A stretch of 64,000 nt of DNA from Candidatus Poribacteria bacterium (GTDB taxonomy: Bacteria > Poribacteria > WGA-4E > PCPOR2b), in assembly GCA_965218095.1 (NCBI GenBank), contig OZ244587.1:3520001-3584000 (forward strand), in the 5' to 3' direction. The number at the start of each line of letters is the position of its first letter. The first letter of the stretch is position 1. The notes under the pieces were generated by a model, which did not search any database, was not told where the DNA came from, and worked only from the letters and a program-made list of their open reading frames with translations. This document shows positions 31,512 through 40,474 of this stretch, in pieces. The translations under genes were made by a program, and so were the position numbers.

Positions 31512-32846
31512 TCAGTAAAGCCCGAGGTAATTGTTGGTCTCCCACTGGCTGATGCTCTGATGATAATCCCGCCACTCCTCGCGCTTGACTTGGAGGTAGT
31601 AGGGGGCATATTTGGGACCAAGCGCACCCCGGATAACCTCGTCAGCTTCCAGATGGTCGAGGGCTTGGCTGAGTGTTCGTGGCAAAACATCAATACCGCG
31701 CCGTTGCAATTCGTCTTGCGGAATTTCGTAGAGGTTATCGTTGTTGCGCTCCCCGGGGTCAATTTCGTTATCGATGCCATCGAGCCCGGCGGCGAGCGTC
31801 GCTGCCATAGCGAGGTAAGGATTGGCGGCGCCGTCCCCTGAACGATTTTCAATTCGCCCCGATCCAGGGATGCGAATCATCTGCGTCCGGTTGCCCCCGC
31901 CATAGGTCATATAAACCGGCGCCCATGTCGCCCCGGAGCGCGGCGCGCCGGAGATAAGACGTTTGTAGCTGTTGACGAGGGGATTGGTGACGGCAACCAG
32001 CGCTTTGGCATGCTTGAGGATGCCGCCCATGAACCAGTAGGCAAGTTGTGACAAGCCGTTTTCATCTGACTCATCAAGAAACAGGTTAGTCTGGTTTCCC
32101 GTATCCCACAGACTCATGTGAAAATGCGCGCCGTTCCCCGTCAGGTTCGCAAACGGCTTGGGCATAAAGGTCGCCATCAGCCCCTGCTCTTCGGCGACGG
32201 TCTTGACCATCCACTTGAAGAAGGTGTGCCGATCCGCTGTCGTCAGCGCATCGGAGTAGAGCCAATTGAGCTCAAACTGACAGTTGGCGTCTTCATGGTC
32301 ATTGGCGTAGGGCTCCCAGCCCAACTCCTGTAGATATTTAATCAAGGTGGTCATCGTATCAAGGTTCCGGTGGAGCGCCCGCAGGTCATAACAAGGCTTG
32401 CCCAGTGTATCGAGTGGGTCCCACGGCGCGTAGCTGCCGTCCTCACCCTGTTTCAACAGCATGAACTCCGCCTCGACGCCGACGTTGAAGAGGTAGCCTT
32501 TTTGTCTGGCTTTTTCCAAGCCTCGCCGCAAAATGGTACGTGGGCAGTAGGGCCACTCGGCGTCGTCGACGTGCACATTCCCCGCCAACCACGCCACGTT
32601 TTTCCGCCACGGCACAATTGTCAGTGAGTTAAAATCAGGGAGATTCGCCATCTCCGGATCGTGCGGCCCCTGACCGATTTCACCTGCCGCAAACCCGGCA
32701 AAGCCAGCACCCTCCGCCGCCATGTCATCAAGATGTGTCGTCGGCACCACCTTCGCTTTTGGTGTCCCGGCCATTTCTACAAAGGAACAGAGGAAAAACT
32801 CGATTCCCTTTTCTTCGACTAACGTTTTAACCTCGTCTAACGTCAT
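31512..32846 (-). CDS. gmaS: Type III glutamine synthetase-like gamma-glutamylmethylamide synthetase (GlnT/GmaS)
   Basis: KAKVVP…GAGFAGFA, DHEDANCQFE, FMPKPF, SGATWAP, GGNRT; context with mgsABC. Confidence 0.85.
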   Translation of the reverse strand: MTLDEVKTLVEEKGIEFFLCSFVEMAGTPKAKVVPTTHLDDMAAEGAGFAGFAAGEIGQGPHDPEMANLPDFNSLTIVPWRKNVAWLAGNVHVDDAEWPYCPRTILRRGLEKARQKGYLFNVGVEAEFMLLKQGEDGSYAPWDPLDTLGKPCYDLRALHRNLDTMTTLIKYLQELGWEPYANDHEDANCQFELNWLYSDALTTADRHTFFKWMVKTVAEEQGLMATFMPKPFANLTGNGAHFHMSLWDTGNQTNLFLDESDENGLSQLAYWFMGGILKHAKALVAVTNPLVNSYKRLISGAPRSGATWAPVYMTYGGGNRTQMIRIPGSGRIENRSGDGAANPYLAMAATLAAGLDGIDNEIDPGERNNDNLYEIPQDELQRRGIDVLPRTLSQALDHLEADEVIRGALGPKYAPYYLQVKREEWRDYHQSISQWETNNYLGLY

Positions 32847-33031
32847 TATCACGACTCCTTCTCTCGTTGTTATTGGAAAAGATTCAATCTTTCTAATCAG
32901 TCGTTAGCTAATTTTTTCATTTTGTTACCGACGATGTTGACGCTTAAAGATCCTTCATTCGAGTCACGGTTTCTTCTGCAAAATTAAGGTCCTCCATAAT
33001 TGAATCCTCAACTCACATGCCTAATCGTAAA

Positions 33032-34375
33032 TCACTCCCGTTCCTTCCAGCCTGGCCCGCCGCCAAACACGCGGTTCGTCCCGGCCAACGGAATGCCACA
33101 TATCATTGAGGCTTCCAGGCTCAACGCTCGCAGGTCTTCGGGGTCAAGGTCGTGCACGTCTGCCTTACCGCAGGCGCGAGCAAGGATCTGGATCTCCGAA
33201 GTCATCGCCTGCAGCAGGTTGGCGACGCGCTCCGCCGCTTCATTGATGTTGAGGCGTTTCATCAGGTTGGGGTCCTGCGTCGTGATGCCGACGGGACAGC
33301 GGCCCGTGTGGCAATGGTGGCAGTGGTATGGCTCGGCGCCGAGTTCGTGGTAGTCCTCGACGTATAGCGGCTTGTTGCAGTTGAGCGCCATCAGCGCCGC
33401 CGTGCCGATGTAGACTGCATCCGCACCGAGCGCCATCGCCTTCGCCGCATCGACGCCGTGACGGATGCCGCCCGCGGTAATGAGTTGCACCTCGCCATAC
33501 AACCCGAGGTCTTCGAGCGCCGCGCGTGCCTCACCCACGGCGGCGAGCGTGGGGATGCCGGTGTGCTCTTGGCAGATTTCGGCGGACGCGCCGGTGCCGC
33601 CTTCCATGCCATCCACGACAATGACATCCGCGCCCGCCTTTGCCGCTAATTTTACGTCGTCAAACACCCGCGTCGCCCCCATCTTCACGAAAATTGGGAC
33701 CTGCCAGTCGGTCGCTTCACGCAGTTCTTCGATTTTGATAATCATGTCGTCGGGACCGAGGAAGTCGGGATGCCGCGCCGGGCTGCGCTGATCTACACCG
33801 AGGGGCAGATCGCGTTGATTCGCAACCGTGTCCAACACCTTTGAGCCGAGCAGCAACCCACCTGTCCCCGGCTTTGCGCCCTGTCCGATTGTCAACTCGA
33901 TGCCATCCGCCATCCGCAGGTCGTGGATGTTGATGCCGTAGCGGGACGGCAGGACTTCGTAGATCAGCGACTTGCTGTGCTCGCGCTCCGCCATCAGCAT
34001 CCCACCATCACCCGTGGTGTTCGACGAACCGACGATATTTGCACCCTTTGCCAGGGCGACTTTGGCGTTGTAGGAGAGCGCGCCCCAACTCATGCCCGTG
34101 ATCATGATGGGAATGTCGAGTTCGATTGGCTTTTCAGCGAAGCGAGTACCGAGAAGGGTTTTGGCGGAGCAACGTTCTCGATAGCCTTCGAGCGGGATGC
34201 GCGTCAGGGTGCACGGGATGAAGGTCAGGTCATCAAACGTCGCCCATCGCCGCTCGCGCAACGTTCCAAATCCGCGGATACGGTATCTGCCCAATTCTGC
34301 CTTGACTTGGATATCTTCAATGATGTCAGGGGTGAATGTTCCACTAGTTCGGAGGTAATTCGATTTGTCCGGCAT
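33032..34375 (-). CDS. mgsC: FMN-binding glutamate synthase family / N-methylglutamate synthase subunit C
   Basis: GMSWGALS, GQGAKPGTGG, DGMEGGTGA, CHHCHTGRCPVGITTQD. Confidence 0.85.
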   Translation of the reverse strand: MPDKSNYLRTSGTFTPDIIEDIQVKAELGRYRIRGFGTLRERRWATFDDLTFIPCTLTRIPLEGYRERCSAKTLLGTRFAEKPIELDIPIMITGMSWGALSYNAKVALAKGANIVGSSNTTGDGGMLMAEREHSKSLIYEVLPSRYGINIHDLRMADGIELTIGQGAKPGTGGLLLGSKVLDTVANQRDLPLGVDQRSPARHPDFLGPDDMIIKIEELREATDWQVPIFVKMGATRVFDDVKLAAKAGADVIVVDGMEGGTGASAEICQEHTGIPTLAAVGEARAALEDLGLYGEVQLITAGGIRHGVDAAKAMALGADAVYIGTAALMALNCNKPLYVEDYHELGAEPYHCHHCHTGRCPVGITTQDPNLMKRLNINEAAERVANLLQAMTSEIQILARACGKADVHDLDPEDLRALSLEASMICGIPLAGTNRVFGGGPGWKERE

Positions 34376-34558
34376 GGTGTAAAGTCTCCGACTATCTTGA
34401 TAATCTGCCTTTCCTAAGCGAAGTAAGGCTAATATAACCAAGTGCATATAATTCCAACTGTACCCTTAAAATGGCATCAGGGAATGAGCAATTTTGTGCC
34501 TTAAATTGTATCCATATTTTTCGACCAGCAAGAACTTTGTTCTCTTTGTTCTGTATTG

Positions 34559-35593
34559 TCACTTTAGCGTGTCGCACGTTTCTACAATCCGATCGATGAG
34601 TGGACGATAAGTTGAGTTATGCAAATGTTCTTTGTACCATTCCGCATAAGTTCCAGCTTTTAAGTGTTTTTGAATCATGCGGTTTTCTTCCAGCAATATC
34701 CATAGGTTGTGGGTGGCTCGGTTGCAAGAGCCATAGGTACGGTCTGCTCTAAGACCTTCTATACCATACTTTTGACAAGCGGGGCATTGGCATTCTTCCA
34801 ATTTTTTCAATTCCTCTGAATTTGGTTTGCGTACCTTCCAATTGCCGAGGTTAGCCACGGCACGATCGGAAGTTCCCGGCAACTGCACCAGTCCCCGTGC
34901 TGCCCGAACGCGCCAGCCAGTTGAATCCACTGAATCTATTCCCAATAGCGCTGCGATGTGCAATGTTGCTGTGCCACCTACTCCAAAGAGGTGCAGTTTC
35001 CGATCAGCGAATACTGCACAAACCTGACGCACTTTGTCTAGCACATCCCCACTTGACATGGATTTGGAAGCACGTAAAAGATTAGGTACAATTCCACCAA
35101 TAGCACAAATTGGTTTAGATCGAAGCCGTTCATTCTCCTCAAACTGGCGGAGATATTCGTCTAGGTGGCGACTGACATGAAGGATGGGTACATACCCATC
35201 GTGAGAATATTTTCGATTAACTGCCATTGTCCGTTGTAGGCATTCAAGTTGTTTCTTGTTGCTCATACTTGGCATAGGGATATAGTCTTGAGGAATTGCA
35301 TACCAATCAGGTTTTGCCTGTTCCACAAATTCTTCGTAATCCTGACGCGGCACTTCAATCCCATCTCGTGAAAACCTGAATGCACCATTATCCAGATAAA
35401 TGTTCACAGATTTTGGAATATCAAGACTAGTGTGCAACCCCATCTCCATGGCGCGATGACGGCGAGTCGGGCTTTGATGAAAATCCGCGTAGGAAACCAT
35501 TACAGCATATAACTTATCCAAGTAGTAAGGTGAGTCAATATCCCATACTTGCGGCTTAATACTGGTGATCTGCAGCCCTGCAACAATTTTCAT
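34559..35593 (-). CDS. tRNA-guanine transglycosylase (TGT)/DpdA-like base-exchange enzyme
   Basis: LDNGAF (cf. DSGGF), QDYIP, AIGGIVP, LHLFGVG, GIDSVDS, Zn site CQCPAC…HN. Confidence 0.8.
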   Translation of the reverse strand: MKIVAGLQITSIKPQVWDIDSPYYLDKLYAVMVSYADFHQSPTRRHRAMEMGLHTSLDIPKSVNIYLDNGAFRFSRDGIEVPRQDYEEFVEQAKPDWYAIPQDYIPMPSMSNKKQLECLQRTMAVNRKYSHDGYVPILHVSRHLDEYLRQFEENERLRSKPICAIGGIVPNLLRASKSMSSGDVLDKVRQVCAVFADRKLHLFGVGGTATLHIAALLGIDSVDSTGWRVRAARGLVQLPGTSDRAVANLGNWKVRKPNSEELKKLEECQCPACQKYGIEGLRADRTYGSCNRATHNLWILLEENRMIQKHLKAGTYAEWYKEHLHNSTYRPLIDRIVETCDTLK

Positions 35594-35629
35594 ACCTAAT
35601 TTCCTCTAATCATCATAGTGCATCGGTCC

Positions 35630-37351
35630 TCAGCTATTGCTGGTTCGATTGCGAACTTCCTGAAGGTGCCTAAAAGCATTAGTTTCTTCTAGCTCCCCTC
35701 TAGAATCGGGTTCTTTCATTTTCACCAAAATGGGGAAATTTACCATTTGACCTGATAACAGTGCTTCACCTACTTCGAGATTAGGAAGTAAGTTTGCTTC
35801 TTCCTCACCTAATGACTCGACAACTCTTTTCACGAAGTTCTGATCGGCAGGATTTACCATTCGCATGGTAATATAAGAGTTGCATTGAGACAGAGTTGTC
35901 TCGTCTATGCGCGAGGGCCTCTGACTGATTACAACCAAGCCGATGTGGAATTTCCTTCCCTCTTGGGCAATCTGTTTGGTGATGGCTATGGATTGTTGTT
36001 CGGCTGACGAATTGCTACTACTAGGAACGAAGTTGTGAGCTTCTTCAAGCAACAGTAAAAAAGGTAATTCCAGTTGTCCGTTAACCTTGGTTTGAAATAG
36101 TTTGTCTGCAATGATGCTATAAATTGTAGCCTGAAAGTCTCCAGTATAGCCGGCCAAAGACACAACTGAAATTTTACCATACTGCACGAGCTCTTCGCGA
36201 TTTAGAGGTATAGGTTGCGATTCGCCGGCGGTTGTTCTATTGATACCTTCCATCCTAAATAGCTTATACGCTGCTCGCCTAGTTCTATGACATATTCCCT
36301 CCAGAGTTCTTGCATTCGGATTTTGCTGAGATAGATTCTGCCAGCAAATTTCTTCCAGATACTGAAGATCGCTAGGATCCTGACTACTCGCTCGTATTGA
36401 TTGAACAACAACCTGGGCTATATTGGCAACTAACCAAAGATCGGGACGAATGCCATATTGACTAATCTCATTATCATTAAGTCTACCAGCTAGCCAGTTT
36501 GTTCTTTCTATTCTTTCATTTTCTTCGGCTTCGTAAAATCTTTTAGTTGCATTAAATAAATCACTAAATAAAGCCATCATTGGGCCCGTTAGTTCGTATG
36601 CAAGATTGTTAACAATCTGAGCTACTGTATCTGCTTCTTGTTCAAAAATCGGGAAGGTAGCATGGTAAAGATTAACCCGATTACGAAGCGAGTCGATCTC
36701 CCCCAATCTTGTATAATCCCCACGCGGATCGAAGATGACCATCGGATAATTTTTATTCGCCAATTCTTCAATAATTCGTCGGGCTGCCCAACTCTTGCCA
36801 GCTCCTGTCATTGCTAGTATAGCTAAATGACGGGTAACTATGGCGTGGCCATCTACTTTCACATCAATATCAGGGCTATTAGAGAGAGTAGCAATATCTA
36901 GCGCACTATTCCGATTATTTTCTAGATTTCCCACTAACACACGCTCTAGATCTTCTGAATCGGGTCTATAAGCACTAGTAGCGGGTTTAGGAGGATATCG
37001 CAGGCTCTCAAGCTTACCGGACTCTTCACCCTTCAATTCATATCCCAATACTTGGCATACAGCTGTTACAATCTCATGACTTAGAGCGAGTACAGTTTCC
37101 ATCGGATCGGTCTGTGTTTCTGCTAGTTCGTGACCTGCTTCAACCGGAAAGAGAGGGTTGAGACGTTCTATGCTTTGGACCTTCGCCCAAACTCTTATCT
37201 CTTTTGACTCTCCACTCCCTTCCATCTCATTTAACGTAGCGTCTACTGCGATGATATCCTGCTCACGTATTGCTTCCGGCGTTACAGCGAGGCGAAATTC
37301 CTTGCTCGTACTTTCACCAACGAGTGTACCAACAACTTTCTCTTTTTCCAT
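35630..37351 (-). CDS. herA: HerA-family ATPase/DNA translocase with N-terminal HAS barrel
   Basis: HLAILAMTGAGKS, IFDPRGDY, LLLEEAHNF, EGRKF, ISQRP. Confidence 0.9.
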   Translation of the reverse strand: MEKEKVVGTLVGESTSKEFRLAVTPEAIREQDIIAVDATLNEMEGSGESKEIRVWAKVQSIERLNPLFPVEAGHELAETQTDPMETVLALSHEIVTAVCQVLGYELKGEESGKLESLRYPPKPATSAYRPDSEDLERVLVGNLENNRNSALDIATLSNSPDIDVKVDGHAIVTRHLAILAMTGAGKSWAARRIIEELANKNYPMVIFDPRGDYTRLGEIDSLRNRVNLYHATFPIFEQEADTVAQIVNNLAYELTGPMMALFSDLFNATKRFYEAEENERIERTNWLAGRLNDNEISQYGIRPDLWLVANIAQVVVQSIRASSQDPSDLQYLEEICWQNLSQQNPNARTLEGICHRTRRAAYKLFRMEGINRTTAGESQPIPLNREELVQYGKISVVSLAGYTGDFQATIYSIIADKLFQTKVNGQLELPFLLLLEEAHNFVPSSSNSSAEQQSIAITKQIAQEGRKFHIGLVVISQRPSRIDETTLSQCNSYITMRMVNPADQNFVKRVVESLGEEEANLLPNLEVGEALLSGQMVNFPILVKMKEPDSRGELEETNAFRHLQEVRNRTSNS

Positions 37352-37358
37352 GATTTAT

Positions 37359-38840
37359 CTACTTTTTCACAGTCGGCCGAAAGATCCAATCTCGGCGTTT
37401 CATATAGATGGCCCGCACTATCACTTTCCTTATCTCTTCATCGCTAATTTCCCCCTTCTGTAGGCTTACCCCCAGTATATGGCGGACCGTTTTGTCGTAT
37501 GCCTTTGTCATCCAGTTGGGCACATGGGCAAACTTATCCGCAATATCTAAGCCGACAGGAAACCCGTAATTGGGCAAGAGGCGCGAATACAAGTATACCC
37601 GCCGCGCGGCTTCTTTAACTTGGTCTTCTCCAAGATCAGAAAAGATCTCAATTCTAATAGGTTCGGTATTCGCGCTAGCCTGAATATAAGTTCCCTGTAT
37701 GGAAGGAAAACCAAACTGGCTGCTATCTTCCAAACAGGAAAAGTCTACCCGAAAACTTTCTGATTCATTTGGAAGTCGGATTTGACCCGATCCCAAACCG
37801 CTAGTGGACTTGTCTATTGTCCAAGGTTCGGAATATTCGCCAGTGTCAAGGAGCAAGGCCATGAGAAGATTATCTGTATAACCCAATCTGTCCATCAAGT
37901 TTTTGGGGGAGGTAAGATCGGAGAGACCAAACATCTCGTTGAAATAGTTCTCATTTTCGTTTTCACGCAAGCCACGGAAAACGCGTTTAAGTAATACATC
38001 CTCGGAAAACTTTCGAGATCTTCCTCGTTCTACTACCCCTGCAATGATTGGTCGAGGTTCCCTATTTAGTGCCACAGAGATCAATTTTCTATACAGAAAT
38101 GCAATCCATGACAAAGGTTCAAAAAGTCGGCGGCTTGCCCACTCATCAGATCTTCCACCAGCTATAGCCGGATAAATATCAAGACGTGCCGCTTCAAGAA
38201 AATCTGCTTTCAATTGCTTCGCCTGTTCCTCATCACCTGAATAGTGTTTTAGAAACAGGTCAATATCTGCTTCAGTAAAGGGTGTATGACCTGCATAAGC
38301 GTCCATTAAATAAACCAGTGGACCATGGAACAACAGTACTCTTAGATCTGTATTGCGGTTCAGTGCTGAAAGTCCCCCCAGTAGTTCGGCAGTAATACGG
38401 ACAATATCTGTGAAGTCTTCCCGTTCCTTGCTGCCTCCTTCAAGATCTCCGAAAATTACTGGGTAATAACCGAAATTCTCCCGTTCGGCCAGATTTCCTT
38501 CACCTACACGTACTGCATAAGATCCCACGCGTAACAAGATAGGAACTTGGGATAATTCTGACTGACCGATTCCTCCATCAATAAAACTAACTAGTTCGCT
38601 TTGAAACTCTTCCCAAGTTGCATCTTTGACTGAAAATGTCTGAAGTATAGCACTATCGCGCTTTCCTCTATTAGCTTCGTCCATAGCTTGACGCAGATGG
38701 GTTATAAAACGTGCTGTGTTACGATAATAGTTATCCCTCAGATTTTCAGCCACTAATAGCGATTTTTCCACTAGTTGCATCATTAGCTGAGGCTGCTGAT
38801 AGAGATCCTCCAAAACTCTTTCCTCGTCTTGTTCCGGCAT
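37359..38840 (-). CDS. nurA: NurA-family nuclease
   Basis: FIDGG, AELL, LLFHGPL, AGVVER, YGFPVGLDIADKFA; ends 7 nt upstream of herA. Confidence 0.8.
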   Translation of the reverse strand: MPEQDEERVLEDLYQQPQLMMQLVEKSLLVAENLRDNYYRNTARFITHLRQAMDEANRGKRDSAILQTFSVKDATWEEFQSELVSFIDGGIGQSELSQVPILLRVGSYAVRVGEGNLAERENFGYYPVIFGDLEGGSKEREDFTDIVRITAELLGGLSALNRNTDLRVLLFHGPLVYLMDAYAGHTPFTEADIDLFLKHYSGDEEQAKQLKADFLEAARLDIYPAIAGGRSDEWASRRLFEPLSWIAFLYRKLISVALNREPRPIIAGVVERGRSRKFSEDVLLKRVFRGLRENENENYFNEMFGLSDLTSPKNLMDRLGYTDNLLMALLLDTGEYSEPWTIDKSTSGLGSGQIRLPNESESFRVDFSCLEDSSQFGFPSIQGTYIQASANTEPIRIEIFSDLGEDQVKEAARRVYLYSRLLPNYGFPVGLDIADKFAHVPNWMTKAYDKTVRHILGVSLQKGEISDEEIRKVIVRAIYMKRRDWIFRPTVKK

Positions 38841-38854
38841 ACAGTATTAACCTC

Positions 38855-39613
38855 CTACCATCTTGAGCGGATTTTGATTCCGAGTTGTTGCAAGATCCGC
38901 TTCGCTTCGTTTGTGTGAAAAGCATTCACAGGTAGACCTGTCAATTGGTTGACTAGCCACTTGACAGGTACTCGTTGATCGCCTACCTGCACATACCATA
39001 TCTGATATTTTGGGATATTCCATTCTTCTGTGAGCGCGATACATGCTATATCCATCACTTGTTTGGGCGTGAACGCGATTTCAATACCACGAAGGTATAC
39101 TTTGCCTCGTTGGACAACTTTCGTCTGAGTCTCGGACGATTCCGATACACTCTTATGCAGCCAGTTGCGAAGTTCTGCCAGTTTGCGCCCCATTACTCCT
39201 GTAGAGACAATCACCTTGAGATTAGTAGGAATTAGCAATTTATACCCGACCAAAACTTGCCGATATGCTTTGCCCATGCTTATGAATAACTCATCGTATT
39301 GTCTACTACTTAAAACCTGCTTGAGTTCATTCAGAGTCGGTTGTTGCAATTCCTTAATTTGCTGCAGTGTCATTCGACGATCGTAGTTAGGAATTGGTTT
39401 GCAGGCTGAAATCAATCCAAACTTGGCTGATAAGATATACACATCAAGTAACCACGCTTCAGACGGGTGCATTCGCATAAACTTATTCATTACCCGATAT
39501 GCTGGTCCGTCGTAGCGTTTCAAAGCTGGTAGTAAACCTTGAGCGGAACGTTTCCTTTGGGAACACGAGAGAATTAGCAACCGTGGGTTTGAAGCAGTTT
39601 TCTCCTTATACAT
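38855..39613 (-). CDS. DUF6884/YaaA-like protein with a small C-terminal putative DNA-binding domain
   Basis: LILSCSQRK…PALKRYDG…ILSAKFGLI…IPNYD; C-terminal YVQVG..VPVK…F….A..IL..LG. Confidence 0.7.
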   Translation of the reverse strand: MYKEKTASNPRLLILSCSQRKRSAQGLLPALKRYDGPAYRVMNKFMRMHPSEAWLLDVYILSAKFGLISACKPIPNYDRRMTLQQIKELQQPTLNELKQVLSSRQYDELFISMGKAYRQVLVGYKLLIPTNLKVIVSTGVMGRKLAELRNWLHKSVSESSETQTKVVQRGKVYLRGIEIAFTPKQVMDIACIALTEEWNIPKYQIWYVQVGDQRVPVKWLVNQLTGLPVNAFHTNEAKRILQQLGIKIRSRW

Positions 39614-39618
39614 TGCGT

Positions 39619-39729
39619 TTACCACTCTGGCAACTCCTTTCCCGCATCGCAGAAGGTGTATTCCATTTCTGGCACTTTGTCCCGCATGTAAATGGCGAGT
39701 GCCGAGCTATCTTTGCCACCGGAAAGACC
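39619..39729 (-). pseudogene. Remnant of a PAPS-reductase-family (SspD/DndC-like) gene
   Basis: Manual translation gives GLSGGKDSSALAIYMRDKVPEMEYTFCDAGKELPEW*, with the PP-loop SGGKDS; not in the ORF track. Confidence 0.8.
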
Positions 39730-39763
39730 GAAATAATCGCATGTTCATGGTTAGGCAGCGAAT

Positions 39764-40474
39764 TCATAATGCCTCCCGCCATACCGCTCGCTCGTCCTTG
39801 TCGAAGTTCCACAGCTTGCGCCCGGAGACGACTTTCTTGAAATTGCGGATGGCGGTCCGTGAATTGCGAACTTTGGAAGGGAGATGCTGAGATAGGGTGG
39901 ATTCGAGGAAGGCGCGTTCCTCTTCGGTCGGTTCTTCAATGACGGCATCGTTGCCGAGTTCAGCGATCTCGCCGACGACAAAGCAGACCGCCTCGTACAT
40001 CGAGTCGGCAAACGCCTCGCCGGCGTCCCCGCAGACGATAATCGTTCCCTTCTGCGCCATGAAACCCGCCATATAGCCGCAATTGCCCCCGACAATGATT
40101 AGTCCGCCTTTCATTGAGACGCCTAACCGCGCTGCCGCATCGCCGTGAATGACAACCGTTCCACCGCGAATTGAAGCCGCCGCGCCGTTGCCTGCGTTCC
40201 CCTCGACGACAACTGTGCCGCCCATCATCGACTCCGCCAATCCCCAACCGGCGCTGCCTTCGATTTCGACGGTCGGCCCGTCAATCATCCCCGCACAGTA
40301 GTAACCCACGCTGCTGTCGAAGGTCAGGTGGACCGGCTGTAACAGCGCCACGCCTAGATTGTGTTGAGCACCGGGGTTTTTCACGCAGAGGTCGGTCTCC
40401 CCCTGGGCGATGAGGCGTTTGATTTCGGCGTTGATGTCGCGGGTAGTTTTTCCGTCACAGACTATGTCTGCCAT
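39764..40474 (-). CDS. mgsB: GXGXG/GltB-FmdC domain protein, N-methylglutamate synthase subunit B
   Basis: Repeated GxxG…M.GG.VV beta-helix; RKLWNF tail. Confidence 0.85.
   Translation of the reverse strand: MADIVCDGKTTRDINAEIKRLIAQGETDLCVKNPGAQHNLGVALLQPVHLTFDSSVGYYCAGMIDGPTVEIEGSAGWGLAESMMGGTVVVEGNAGNGAAASIRGGTVVIHGDAAARLGVSMKGGLIIVGGNCGYMAGFMAQKGTIIVCGDAGEAFADSMYEAVCFVVGEIAELGNDAVIEEPTEEERAFLESTLSQHLPSKVRNSRTAIRNFKKVVSGRKLWNFDKDERAVWREAL

Noticed and set aside
34392-34577. 61-aa ORF overlapping the TGT-like stop as a fifth cassette gene
   Set aside because: No motif or clear RBS; cannot be distinguished from junction debris.
34559-35593. Calling the TGT-like gene a housekeeping tgt
   Set aside because: It lacks the conserved bacterial Tgt N-terminus (TPxFMPVGT) and sits in a foreign-looking nuclease/ATPase cassette.
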